A DNA stretch of 64,000 nucleotides from an uncultured Thermoleophilaceae bacterium (GTDB lineage Bacteria > Actinomycetota > Thermoleophilia > Solirubrobacterales > Thermoleophilaceae), in contig CAWEOW010000025.1 of the NCBI GenBank assembly GCA_963810745.1, forward strand, positions 649 to 64,648, given 5' to 3'. The notes below the pieces were generated by a model that worked only from the letters and a program-made list of their open reading frames with translations, was not told where the DNA came from and searched no databases. Position numbers and translations under genes: made by a program. Position 1 is the first letter of the stretch, and the number at the start of each line of letters is the position of its first letter. Positions 1 through 9,314 of this stretch are shown piece after piece.

Positions 1-1180
1 TGAACAGCGACGTCGTCTCCGTGGCCGCCCAGCCGAGCGTGTAGAGCAGGCCCTCCTGGCGCGCGCGGTCGCGACCGATGTCACCGGTGAGGCCCTCGCT
101 GCCGTCGGGGTTGAAGGCCCCGATGTTGAAGAAGCGGTTGAGCTCCTCGAAGTCGGTCGCCAGGTCGGGCAGGCCGCGGTTCAGGCTCTTGGCGCCGCGC
201 CCGAGGTTGCGGGTGAACGGGATCGTCGCGCGCGTGAAGGGCCGGATCTGCTTCTCGATGATCGGCGTTGCCTCGCGCACCAGCGGCAGCACCGCGCGGT
301 TGGCCTCGTCCAGGCGCCGGAACGGCGGGCGCAGGGCCTCGAGCGTGGGACCGAGCTTGTCGGCGTACGGCCCGACCTTGTCCAGCGTCTGGTTGGTCTG
401 CTCGAGCGCGCCGGGCAGCTTGCGCACCGACTCCGAGATGCTCTGGTCGGCGTCGGCGAAGCCCTGCAGCGCGTCGTTGGAGGCGCCGACCAGCTTGACG
501 ATGTCGCGGTCGGCGTTGCCCAGCTCGGTGGTGAGCAGGCCGTAGTTGTGGATCAGGCGCTTGAGGTTGCCGCGGCGGCGCGCGACCGCCGAGCTGAAGC
601 GGTCGAGGTCGCGGTGCAGCGGGCCCAGGCGCGCGAAGGTCTCCTGCAGGTCTCCCCCGCGTCCCTTGAGGCCCTTGCCCGCGCCGGAGATCAGCAGCTT
701 GAGGTAGTCGCGCGTGTCGACGTCGAGCGACGCGAGGATCTCGTCCTGGTCGACGTCCTCCTGGGAGTTCTCGACCTGGATGGTCTCCTCCTCCTCCATC
801 GGCTCGCCGCGGCCCGGGTCGACCTCGAGGAACATGTCCTTCAGGCCCGTCTTGGTGCGCAGCAGCGCCGTGGCGTCCTTCTTGATCAGCTTCTTGTACT
901 TCGGCTCGATCTGCAGCGTGACCACGGCCAGGCCGTCCTTCAGCTCGACCTTGCCGATGTCGCCCACCTGCACGCCGGCCACGCGGACCGTCTGGCCCTG
1001 GCCGGGCTGCACGGCCTGGGCGTTCGGGAGCTCGATCTTGACCAGGAACGGCTTCTCCTGGACCAGCGGGAAGCGAAGGCGCTGCTGGGACAGGATGTAG
1101 CCGCCCACGCCGACGGCGATCAGGAACAGCGCGAGGATCGCGAGGAAGTCGCCGAGGTGCTTGCGGATGGCCGACTTCAT
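1..1180 (-). CDS. Mce/MlaD-family protein, fifth of a tandem set (3' end beyond window)
   Basis: Hand translation of the minus strand; it is absent from the ORF track because there is no stop inside the window. MKSAIRKHLGDFLAILALFLIAVGVGGYILSQQRLRFPLVQEKPFLVKIELPNA... gives an N-terminal TM helix plus an MlaD/Mce domain. ATG at 1178-1180 overlaps the TGA of the upstream mce gene (ATGA). The same frame still reads ...GAFNPDGSEGLTGDIGRDRARQEGLLYTLGWAATETTSLF at position 1. Confidence 0.8.
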   Translation of the reverse strand, partial: MKSAIRKHLGDFLAILALFLIAVGVGGYILSQQRLRFPLVQEKPFLVKIELPNAQAVQPGQGQTVRVAGVQVGDIGKVELKDGLAVVTLQIEPKYKKLIKKDATALLRTKTGLKDMFLEVDPGRGEPMEEEETIQVENSQEDVDQDEILASLDVDTRDYLKLLISGAGKGLKGRGGDLQETFARLGPLHRDLDRFSSAVARRRGNLKRLIHNYGLLTTELGNADRDIVKLVGASNDALQGFADADQSISESVRKLPGALEQTNQTLDKVGPYADKLGPTLEALRPPFRRLDEANRAVLPLVREATPIIEKQIRPFTRATIPFTRNLGRGAKSLNRGLPDLATDFEELNRFFNIGAFNPDGSEGLTGDIGRDRARQEGLLYTLGWAATETTSLF

Positions 1181-2805
1181 CGCTTGCCCTCCGCGTCCTT
1201 GGCCTTCTTCTTCTTGGCCTCGTCCCTCTCCCTGAGCGAGCGCACGTCGAGGTTGGGGTCAGCCGCCTCGCGCTTCTTGCCCTCGCGCCGCAGCTCGGCG
1301 CGCTGCTCGCGCAGCTCCTCGTTGTCCTTCACCGCGGCGTCGTAGAGACGGCGCATCGTGCGGCGGTCAGAGGCCGAGAACTCGTTGCGCCGGGCACCGC
1401 TGGAGAACGAGGCGGCCGGGCCGCCGGGCGCGTTCATGTTCGGCGGCTCCTGGGTCTCGCAGGGGACGTCGGGGCGGTGCGGCGGCGGCTGGCGGCCCGA
1501 GTCGGGCGGGGGCGCGGGCCGGACCGAGTTGCCGCTGGGGTGGAGGAAGGGGCTGACGCCGGGCATCGGCGGCGGCGTGGCCTGGCCGTAGAAGTAGGAG
1601 AGGTTGGCGTCGGAGAGGCGGCTCTCGCCGGAGAGGCCCACCAGGCCGCGCGTGCTCTGCACCGCGAACGACTGTCCGTCGATGCCCGGCAGCTCGGGCA
1701 TCGGGATCGGCGCGTTGGCGAAGGGCACGAGCACGCCGGAGGTGCAGGCCGACAGCGCACGGCCCTGGTCGAGCACCGGGATGGTCCGCTGGTTGAGGCG
1801 GACCAGCGCGGGCGTGTAGCCGCGCAGCACCTTGGCCGCCCCGCGCAGCTCGGAGCGGCGGAAGAGCAGGCGCGCCTGGCGGATGAAGGGGGTCGCGGCG
1901 TCGAGGGTGGCCGGCGTGGAGCGCACGCCGGGGAGCGCGTCGACCGCGAAGCGGCGCAGCGAGGGCAGCGCGTTGTTGACCGAGAACAGCGCCGGGCGAG
2001 CGGAGCGCAGGGTGTCGCGCAGGGCGGGCACGCTGCGCTCGAGCGCGGCGTCCTCTCGGGCGAAGGCGCCGGCGGTCACGTTGAGGTTGGTCACCAGGCT
2101 CTTCAGCGCGCCCTCGTTCTCCACCAGCGCGGAGAAGGTCTTCTGCTGCCCGCGCAGCACGCGCTGCAGGTCCTTCGTGGGCTCCTGGCCGAGCGTGGCG
2201 TCGTTGACCAGCGACGTGTTCTTGTAAGCCGGCTCCCAGTACTTGATCGACTCGTTGAAGCCCTTGGCGCCCTTGCCCTTGAGGCTCGCGGAGTACTCCT
2301 TCAGGAGCGACTGCAGGTCCTCGCGCGTGTCCTTCTGCAGCGAGGTCAGGATGTCGCCGAACTGGACCGAGGCGAACGTCTGCTGGATCGGGATGACGTC
2401 GTCCTCGTCGAGCACCGGCGCGGTGGGCGAGCCCGGCTTGAGCTCGATGAACTTGTTGCCCTCGAGGAAGATGCGCGGGCGCACCTTGAGGGTCGCGTCC
2501 TCGTGCAGCGGCAGCGCGGTCTCCTTGACCTCCATGGTCACCTTCGCGCCGGTCTCGGTGCCCTCGAGCGGCTGGACCTTGGTCACCTTGCCGACCTCGA
2601 TTCCCGCGATGCGCACCGGCGACTTGGGCGTCACGTCGTCGGCGTTCTTGAACATCGCCGTGACCTCGTTGGGGTCGGCGAACGGGTTGGCCTTCGTGAA
2701 GCCGAAGTAGGAGAAGACCGCGATCACGACGATGGCGATCAGGCCGGCCTTGAAGCGGCTCATGCCCGTGCTCTGGGCGCTGCGGTTGCGCCGGAAGAGA
2801 GCCAT
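1177..2805 (-). CDS. Mce/MlaD-family protein (fourth of tandem set)
   Basis: ORF-track protein has a TM helix (GLIAIVVIAVFSYFGF), then an MlaD/Mce domain (SPVRIAGIEVGKVTKVQPLEG...KVRPRIFLEGNKFIELKPG). The long C-terminal tail is Pro-rich and ends in a Lys/Glu/Arg-rich stretch. Confidence 0.9.
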   Translation of the reverse strand: MALFRRNRSAQSTGMSRFKAGLIAIVVIAVFSYFGFTKANPFADPNEVTAMFKNADDVTPKSPVRIAGIEVGKVTKVQPLEGTETGAKVTMEVKETALPLHEDATLKVRPRIFLEGNKFIELKPGSPTAPVLDEDDVIPIQQTFASVQFGDILTSLQKDTREDLQSLLKEYSASLKGKGAKGFNESIKYWEPAYKNTSLVNDATLGQEPTKDLQRVLRGQQKTFSALVENEGALKSLVTNLNVTAGAFAREDAALERSVPALRDTLRSARPALFSVNNALPSLRRFAVDALPGVRSTPATLDAATPFIRQARLLFRRSELRGAAKVLRGYTPALVRLNQRTIPVLDQGRALSACTSGVLVPFANAPIPMPELPGIDGQSFAVQSTRGLVGLSGESRLSDANLSYFYGQATPPPMPGVSPFLHPSGNSVRPAPPPDSGRQPPPHRPDVPCETQEPPNMNAPGGPAASFSSGARRNEFSASDRRTMRRLYDAAVKDNEELREQRAELRREGKKREAADPNLDVRSLRERDEAKKKKAKDAEGKR

Positions 2806-2808
2806 GGC

Positions 2809-4402
2809 CTAGGGCACGTCCTTCAGGTTGTCGATGCCGAGCTGGCGCGACTTGTAGGTGCCGCCCGTGAGCACCGGGTAGTCGTCGGTGGCGACCGCGC
2901 CGTTGCCTCCGGTGCCGGTCGGCTCGGCGCGCCCGGAACGAGGCCCGGGCCGTAGCGGGTCCCCGGCGGGTAGAGCGGGCCGTTCGGGTAGCCCGTCTGG
3001 CCCACCTGGCAGTCGGCGTTGCCCTGCGCGTCGATCGCGGGCGGGTAGGGCGTGCCGAACAGGCGCCCGGCAGGCTCGCCCTCCGGGATCCCGCCGGGAC
3101 CGCGGTGCGCGCCCCGCGCCTTCTGGCCGGGCAGGATGTCCGCCGGCCGGGCCGCGTCGCTCTGGCCGTAGCCGTTGGGCTGGGCGACGTTGGAGAGCTT
3201 GGCGCCCTGGCCCTGCACGGTGCCGCCGGGGAAGAGTGGCCGAGGCCTTGGCGGACATGTGCTCACCCAGCGCGTGCAGGAAGTAGACCGGGTAGTTGCA
3301 GACCGACTGGTACGGGTTGAGGAACTCGACCAGCGGGCGCGTGACGGCCAGGCCGCTGCGGATGTCGCGCAGGCCGAGCAGCGTGTTGGGGTTGGCGAAG
3401 AGCCGGTCGAGCGAGACGAAGGCGCTCTGCAGCCGCTCGTTGAGCGGCACGGTCTGCGGCAGCACCTTGGTGCCCACGCGGAAGGACTGGTTGAGCGCCG
3501 GCAGCGAGCGCGGGAGCTCCTGGACCGCCGGCCGCAGCGCCACCGAGAGCTCGGCGAAGTCGTCGAGGAAGGGACGCTGCGCGCGCAGCGAGCGGGTGCC
3601 GACGTCGAGCGTGTCGGGCCCCTTGGCGATCGTGTCCTGCAGCGCGCGCGGGCTGAAGCCGATCGCGGCGAAGGTGTCCGCCATGTTCGTGAACAGCTGC
3701 GCCTGGACCTCGGCCACCGGCGCGACCTGCGCCGAGGTGCGGCCGAGCTCGCGGAAGAAGCTGGGCAGGTCGGTGTCCGGCGACGCCAGGTTCGTCATCA
3801 CCGGCGTCAGGTAGACGAAGAACGGGTTCAGCTGCTCGATCGTCGCGTTGAGGGCCGGGCCGCGGCCGGCGAACGCGTCGCCGAAGCCCTCGGTGGCCAC
3901 GCGCGCGGACGGGCGGGTGTCGCGGTCGAAGGTCGACAGCACGTCCTCGATCTCGAGCGGCTCGGAGGCGTTCTTCAGCGACACCGTCGAGCCGGGCTTG
4001 AGCTCCGTCTTGCTCTTGCCGGGGATCACCTCGACGTACTTGAGGCCGAGCGCCGAACGCGGGCGCACCCGCAGCTTGGTGTCCACCGACGAGCGGCTCG
4101 ACGGTCTTGTCGAGCTTCATGTCGACCTTCGCGATCGTCGTCTGCTTGCCGTCGACCGTCTGGACGGTGGGCCGGATCATGTCGATGACGCCGACCCGGA
4201 AGCCGCCCACGCGCACCTCGTTGCCCTTGACGAGCTTGGCGCCGGAGGGCAGCTCGGCCTTGAGGTCGTAGGTGGGAACGAACGGCAGGCCGGCGTTCGC
4301 GTTGTAGGCCAGGAACACGGCCACGATCGCCACGAGCAGGGTCACCGCGCCCACCAGGACCGGGCTGGCTGCGATGGAGGCTGTTGCGCGGCGCCGGGTC
4401 AT
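2809..4402 (-). pseudogene. Mce/MlaD-family protein (third of tandem set), reading frame broken three times
   Basis: ORF-track pieces join into one Mce protein. The 3263..4402 frame (MTRRRATASIAASPVLVGAVTLLVAIVAVFLAYNANAG...VDMKLDKTVEPL) leads to the 2809..4086 frame (DTKLRVRPRSALGLKYVEVIPGK...HALGEHMSAKAS). That leads to the 2823..3266 frame (LFPGGTVQGQGAKLSNVAQPNGYGQ...PLYPPGTRYGPG), then back to the 2809 frame (...GNGAVATDDYPVLTGGTYKSRQLGIDNLKDVP*). Breaks lie near 4090, 3240 and 2950. There are no in-frame stops within the sensible segments. Confidence 0.8.
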
Positions 4403-6075
4403 GGGGCGAGGAGGTAGTCGAGGAGCTGGGCGTCCTGCGTGGCGTCGTTGCCGCTGTCGCGCTGTCCGCCGGTGACCTGCTGCTTCAGGCCCTGGCGCAG
4501 CCTGTCCACGTTCTCCGGCGTGCGCTTGCCCGCGGGGAGCCGGTCGACCAGGCGCTGCAGGTCGGGAGGCAGCACGATCTGCGGCTTGGAGATGTCGCGC
4601 TGGCCCTTGACGGGGCCGGCGTCGGGCTCACCCGCGCCGCGCCGCTCGCCGGCGCGCGCCGCGGGCTTCTCGGCGCGGCTGCTGACCGACCGCGAGGACG
4701 GGGCGCTGCCGTCGGTGAAGTCGGGGTTCTTCAGGCCGGGCTGGTACGGGCCGAGCCACTGGTTGCACTCCTTCAGCAGCTCGGGGTCGTGCGCGTCGTT
4801 GATGTACTCCGAGCACGGCGGCCGGTCGTTCTGGCCCAGGTTGAGCAGCACGCTCACGCGCAGGATGTGGCCGAACTTGTCGAAGCCGTTGAGGCTCCAG
4901 GTCTGCCACCAGAAGTAGTTCCAGAAGGCCTCCATGCCGGTGAAGCCACCGCTGTTGGGGATGGCCGTCTTGTCGGGCGAGGGCGGCGCCGAGAGCTTGG
5001 CCCGGCTGTCGTCTTCGATGGCGCGGTCCCGGTCGTCGAGGCCCTGCAGGAACTGGCGCAGCGGCCTCGCCGTGCGCGGCACCTGCGGCGCGAGGCTGCG
5101 CAGCGCGTCGACCTCCTGCTTGCCGCGCTTGAAGGCCCGAGTGCCGACCTTGCTGGCCCGCCCGAGGGAGCGGACGGCGGGCCGCGAGGCCTCGGCAAAC
5201 GGGCCAAGGCGATTGAAGAAGGTGGTCAGGTCGGGCGCGGCCCGGCGCAGGTCGCCGAGCAGCGGCGTCTGGGCGTCGGTGAGGTCCTCGAGGCGCGCCA
5301 TCGTCGGCGTGAGCTCGTCGAGGAAGCCCGGCAGCTTCTGGAAGTTCTGCGTCAGCTCGCGCCGCCGGGTGGCGGTGATCTCCGCCGTCCGGCCGGTCTC
5401 GCGGACCCAGCGGACCACGTCCTGCTTGTTGTCGTTCAGCGCGCCGACCACGCGGTCGGAGTCGACGATGAAGCGCTCGATCGTGGCGTTCTGGTCGCCG
5501 AGCGTGCGCAGCACCTTGGTGGTCTCGCGCAGGCCGGGGTGGGCGCGGCGAAGCACCGTCTGCAGGTCCTGCGGGCGACCCGCCAGGCCGGCGCCGAGCG
5601 AGGAGATGATGAGCCGCAGGCGGTCGCGGTACGGGGTGCGCAGGACGTTGTTGACCAGGTCCTGCGGGACCGTCGAGGTGGTGTTCTTCACCGGGATGGT
5701 GCCGCTGCCGTCGCTGGGCAGCTTCTTGGCGCTCTTGTCGCCGGGCTGGCAGTCCACGAAGTACTCGCCGATGAGCGACTGCGGCTTGATGTCGCAGCTC
5801 GCGTTCTCGAAGAAGTCGCCGAAGCCGCGCTCCTTGACCGTGACCTCCACCTCGGCGACGGGGCGCTTGCCCGGCTCCTCCTTGATCTCGAAGGTCTTGG
5901 TCGCGCCGGCCGTGACGCCGCCGACACGGAAGTCGCCGCCCTCGACCAGGCCGAACGCGTTGTCGAACTGGACCTTGTAGGTCGCCGCCGAGCTCTTGTC
6001 GCCCGAGGCGCCGGTCATCAGGAACGCCGCGACGCCGGCGAGCGCGAGCACCGCTATGGCCGCGAGGCGCCTCAA
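4399..6075 (-). CDS. Mce/MlaD-family protein (second of tandem set) with Trp/Cys-rich C-terminal tail
   Basis: This is the last 558 codons of ORF 4399..7500. TTG at 6075 overlaps the upstream stop (TTGA). (M)RRLAAIAVLALAGVAAFLMTG is a TM helix, followed by an MlaD domain (YKVQFDNAFGLVEGGDFRVGGVTAG...). The tail contains WNYFWWQTWSLNGFDKFG...CSEYINDAHDPELLKECNQW. Confidence 0.85.
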   Translation of the reverse strand: MRRLAAIAVLALAGVAAFLMTGASGDKSSAATYKVQFDNAFGLVEGGDFRVGGVTAGATKTFEIKEEPGKRPVAEVEVTVKERGFGDFFENASCDIKPQSLIGEYFVDCQPGDKSAKKLPSDGSGTIPVKNTTSTVPQDLVNNVLRTPYRDRLRLIISSLGAGLAGRPQDLQTVLRRAHPGLRETTKVLRTLGDQNATIERFIVDSDRVVGALNDNKQDVVRWVRETGRTAEITATRRRELTQNFQKLPGFLDELTPTMARLEDLTDAQTPLLGDLRRAAPDLTTFFNRLGPFAEASRPAVRSLGRASKVGTRAFKRGKQEVDALRSLAPQVPRTARPLRQFLQGLDDRDRAIEDDSRAKLSAPPSPDKTAIPNSGGFTGMEAFWNYFWWQTWSLNGFDKFGHILRVSVLLNLGQNDRPPCSEYINDAHDPELLKECNQWLGPYQPGLKNPDFTDGSAPSSRSVSSRAEKPAARAGERRGAGEPDAGPVKGQRDISKPQIVLPPDLQRLVDRLPAGKRTPENVDRLRQGLKQQVTGGQRDSGNDATQDAQLLDYLLAP

Positions 6076-7500
6076 GGCACGTCTCCCGTGTGGCGCTGGC
6101 CGGGGTCGCAGCGCAGCTTCGCGGCCTCCTCGGCCGAGAAGACGTTCGAGCCGTCGGGCGCAGGGGCCTCCGACGCGCCGGGGCAGGGCTTGAAGTTGCC
6201 GGAGCGCACCGGGCCCAGGTTGTTCTGCAGGTTGAGGAGGTTGAAGTTCGGCTTGCCGTTCTCGAACAGCGAGACGACGTCGCTCGCGCGAATCGCCGCG
6301 CGAGCGTTCGCGCCGAGGGCGTCGAAGCCGGGGCCGGTGGTCGAGAAGTCGTCGAACCAGCCGAACAGGTCGGTGGTGTAGGGCCGGCCCTGGGCGATGA
6401 TCGGCGTCGCCGCCGCGGAAGGCCTTGATCGCCTCGGGGAAGGCGCCGTTGTCGGTGCCGACGTTGTAGGGCGTGCCGCCGGGGCTGATCGTGCGCCGCG
6501 AGGCGTCGACCGCCGACTTGGCCAGCGGCGGGACGGAGCGGGTCAGGTCGATCAGGTCGTTGCTGGGCCCGCGGCGCCGGACGGTCTTGCGAAGGTCCCG
6601 GACCGTCGGCTCGGCGTCGCGGGCGAGCTTGCGCGCGTCGGAGAGGAAGGGCTGCAGCCGGCGGGCCACGGGCTTGGACGCGTTCACCAGCGGGTCGGTG
6701 TCGTCCAGCGCGGCGCGCAGGTTCACGAACGTGGTGTTCGCGCGGCGCATGACGGGCGGCAGCAGCTCGATCGAGTCGGCCAGGCCCTGCTTCTGGTTCG
6801 CCAGCGCGCGGGTGGTGGTGTTGAGGTTGCCGACGAGACCCGAGAGGTCGTCGCGCTTCTCGGCCAGCGCGGTGACCAGGCGCGAGGAGTCGATGAGGAA
6901 GCGCTCCAGCACCGGCGTGTCGCGGTTGAGCTCGCCGAAGAGCCGGCGCGAGGTGGAGAGCGCCGGGTTGAGGTACTCGAAGCCCTTGTTGGCGAGCGCG
7001 CCCTTGCCCTTGAACTGCTCGGAGGAGCCCTTGAAGAAGTCCTGGAGCGCCGTGCGCGTCTCGGGGTCCAGCGTGTTGAACAGCTGGTCGAGGTCGACCT
7101 GCGTGGTGGTGTTGCTCGCCGGCATCGTGCCGCCCGCCGGGATGGTGTCGTTCGACGAGTTGGCGGGCGGGAAGTCGAGATCGACGTAGCGGTTGGCGAT
7201 GCCCGACTGGGAGAACTGGCGGATCCGGGCGTGGGTGCCGGTGGGGAGCGGGGCCTTCTCCTCCTGCACCGTCATCTCGACCTCGGCCTGGCCGCTGTCG
7301 GTGATCTTGATGCTCTTGACGGAGCCGATGGCCACGCCGCCGGACTGGACGGGGTTGCCCTTCACCAGCTGGCCGCCGTTGATGAAGGTCGCCTTGACCT
7401 TGTAGGAGTCGCTGCCGCCGAAGAGGATGATCGCCACGAGCGCGATCGCGGCGATGAGCGCGCCCAAGGCGGCCACCCTTCCGACGGCGGACAAACGCAT
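6072..7500 (-). CDS. Mce/MlaD-family protein (first of tandem set), one frame break near 6410
   Basis: The N-terminal ~360 aa of ORF 4399..7500 (MRLSAVGRVAALGALIAAIALVAIILFGG...GTPYNVGTDNGAFPEAIKAF) is an Mce protein. Sense is lost near 6410 and resumes one frame over (own translation ...AAATPIIAQGRPYTTDLFGWFDDFSTTGPGFDALGANARAAIRASDVVSLFENGKPNFNLLNLQNN...KLRCDPGQRHTGDVP*). Stop TGA at 6072-6074. Confidence 0.8.
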
Positions 7501-7659
7501 CCCTCTTTGGCTCCCTAGCTCCCTCTAGCCCCGCCACGGGAGGGTCCCGCGGCCAGAACGAGGGCGAATGTAACCGATGATTCTTGACCGGGCGCCGGTT
7601 ACCCCCGGGTCTTCCGCGAAGTTTTATTGAGTTGGTGTTAAGCGGCGCCCTGGAGCCGT

Positions 7660-7938
7660 TTATTCCTCGTCAGGGCGCTCTTGCCCCGGCCAGGTGCCGG
7701 TGAGCTGGGCGAAGCCCTGGCGGGAGCCGTGGTCGGCCGCCTCCTTGGCCACGCGGAAGATCGCGCCGGACAGGGCCGCGGAGGCGATCAGCTTGCCCCA
7801 GGAGATCTCCTTGTGCTCGGCCTCGGGCGGCTCCTGCTCATCGATGAGCCCCCAGACCTGCTCGAAGACCTTCTTGGAGACGAAGCCGGCCAGCAGGCCG
7901 CCGATGATGCTGAAGGGAACAAACAGGATCTTGGCCAC
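7660..7938 (-). CDS. DUF4235-like small membrane-associated protein
   Basis: ORF 7660..7995 trimmed to GTG at 7938, because the first 19 codons lie inside the tRNA gene. (M)AKILFVPFSIIGGLLAGFVSKKVFEQVWGLIDEQEPPEAEHKEISWGKLIASAALSGAIFRVAKEAADHGSRQGFAQLTGTWPG matches the DUF4235 pattern as I remember it. Confidence 0.75.
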   Translation of the reverse strand: MAKILFVPFSIIGGLLAGFVSKKVFEQVWGLIDEQEPPEAEHKEISWGKLIASAALSGAIFRVAKEAADHGSRQGFAQLTGTWPGQERPDEE

Positions 7939-7970
7939 GGGCGGGTTATACCCGCTCTGCCCCTGGGTGA

Positions 7971-8044
7971 TGCCCGGGGTGGGGATCGAACCCACACTGA
8001 GCGCGTTTTAAGCGCGCCGCCTCTACCAATTGGGCTACCCGGGC
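7971..8044 (-). tRNA. tRNA with anticodon UAA (Leu by anticodon), atypical 5-nt variable loop
   Basis: Reverse complement is GCCCGGG TA GCC CAATTGGTAGA GGC G GCGCG CTTAAAA CGCGC TCAGT GTGGG TTCGATC CCCAC CCCGGGC A. It has a perfect 7-bp acceptor, 5-bp anticodon and 5-bp T stems and a TTCGATC T-loop. No CCA is encoded. Confidence 0.75.
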
Positions 8045-8083
8045 GAGAGCAACTTTGGCCTTGCTACCGTTTTTCTGCCGCGA

Positions 8084-9243
8084 ATGGAAGCTTCCGCTCT
8101 CCATCATTCCGCGCGCCTGCCCGCCCTCGCGGGACGTTCGCCTCTCCTCCGCCTCCAGAGCGACGAGAAGCTGATCGCCCTGATCCGGCGAGGGCATCAC
8201 GGTGCCTTCGAAGCGCTCGTGCAGCGCTACCAGCCCCGCCTGCTCGCGTTCTGCCGCCACATGCTCGGCTCCACCGAGGACGCCGAGGACGTGCTGCAGG
8301 AGGTCTTCGCCGCCTCCTTCAACGCCATCTGCGCCGACGAGCGGCCGATCAACGCCCGGCCGTGGCTCTACCGCATCGCGCGCAACCGCTGCCTGAACCA
8401 CCTGCGCCGCCCCGCCCCCTCCGGCCAGGACTCGATGGACGTCTTCGAGCGCGACGGCGGCACCACCACCGCCGACACGGTCCACAAGCGCGAGGAGTTC
8501 CGCCAGATCGTCTCCGACGTCCAGGACCTCCCCGAGACCCAGCGCACCGCGCTGCTGCTGCGCGAGATCGACGCGCTGGCCTACGACCAGATCGCCGAGG
8601 CGATGGACACCACGGTGTCGAGCGTGAAGTCGCTCCTCGTACGCGCGCGTGTGTCTCTGGCCGAGGCTTCCGAGGCCCGGATGCTGACCTGCGACGAGGT
8701 CCGCCTCGAGCTCGGCCAGGTGTCCGAGGGGCTCGGCAAGACCTCCGCTCCGGCCCGCCGCCACCTGCGCGGCTGCGAGCGCTGCCGCGTCTTCAAGGGC
8801 GAGCTGCGCAAGACCAACAAGGCGCTGGCCGCCATCTACCCGCTCGGCCCGCTCGTCTTCATCAAGAAGGCGATCGGCGCGAAGCTCGCCGCCGGCGGAG
8901 GCGCAAGCGCCGCCGCGGGCGGCTCGGGCGGCGCGGCCGCCCTGGGCGGCGCCGCGGCGACCGCCAGCGCTCCGGCCGCCATCTCCGCCGGCCTCGGCAC
9001 CGTCGCCTCGAAGGCCGCCGCCGGTGTGGCCGCGGCCGCGCTGGTGACCGTGGGCGCCGTCGAGGTCCGCCACGTGACCGCCGACTCCGAGGCCCCCGCG
9101 CCGGTCTCGGCCATGAGGGCGCCCGCCCACGCCGCGCCGGCGCCCGTCCCGGCCAAGACGCCCGAGCCGGTCGTCGCCCCCGCCGCCGTCAAGCCCGAGC
9201 CCAAGCCTCAGCCTGAGGTAGAGGCCAAGCCCGCAGCCGCGGC
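8084..9243 (+). CDS. ECF sigma-70 factor fused to a zinc-binding (HxxxCxxC) anti-sigma domain and TM segment; 3' end undefined because of a frame break at 9222-9245
   Basis: ORF 8030..9979 trimmed to ATG 8084, since upstream codons overlap the tRNA. Sigma region 2 is FEALVQRYQPRLLAFCRHMLGSTEDAEDVLQEVF...WLYRIARNRCLNHLRR. Region 4 is LPETQRTALLLREIDALAYDQIAEAMDTTVSSVKSLLVRARVSL. The ZAS motif follows (CDEVRLELG...RRHLRGCERC), then a Gly/Ala-rich hydrophobic stretch (VASKAAAGVAAAALVTVGAVEV) and a Pro/Ala/Lys linker. After about 9245 this frame becomes Arg-rich nonsense. Confidence 0.8.
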
Positions 9244-9314
9244 CGGTTGCCGAGCCCGCCGCCGCGGCGCCGGCGCCCAAGCCCGCGGTTGCCGCGCAGC
9301 CCGCCAAGCCGGTC

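Noticed and set aside
4399-7500. 1033-aa double-Mce protein.
   Set aside because: The region between the two Mce halves (about 6080-6410) is nonsense in this frame. The first gene's real C-terminus and TGA (6072) are one frame over, and the second gene starts at TTG 6075.
7939-8083. N-terminal extensions of ORFs 7660..7995 and 8030..9979.
   Set aside because: Both extensions run through the tRNA gene at 7971..8044. Internal starts (GTG 7938, ATG 8084) give N-termini that match the respective families.
7500-8100. tRNA gene as integration site of a genomic island (mce array as cargo).
   Set aside because: There is no integrase, excisionase, transposase or phage gene anywhere in the window. 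I saw no duplicate of the tRNA 3' end, and the mce genes have the same composition as the housekeeping genes.
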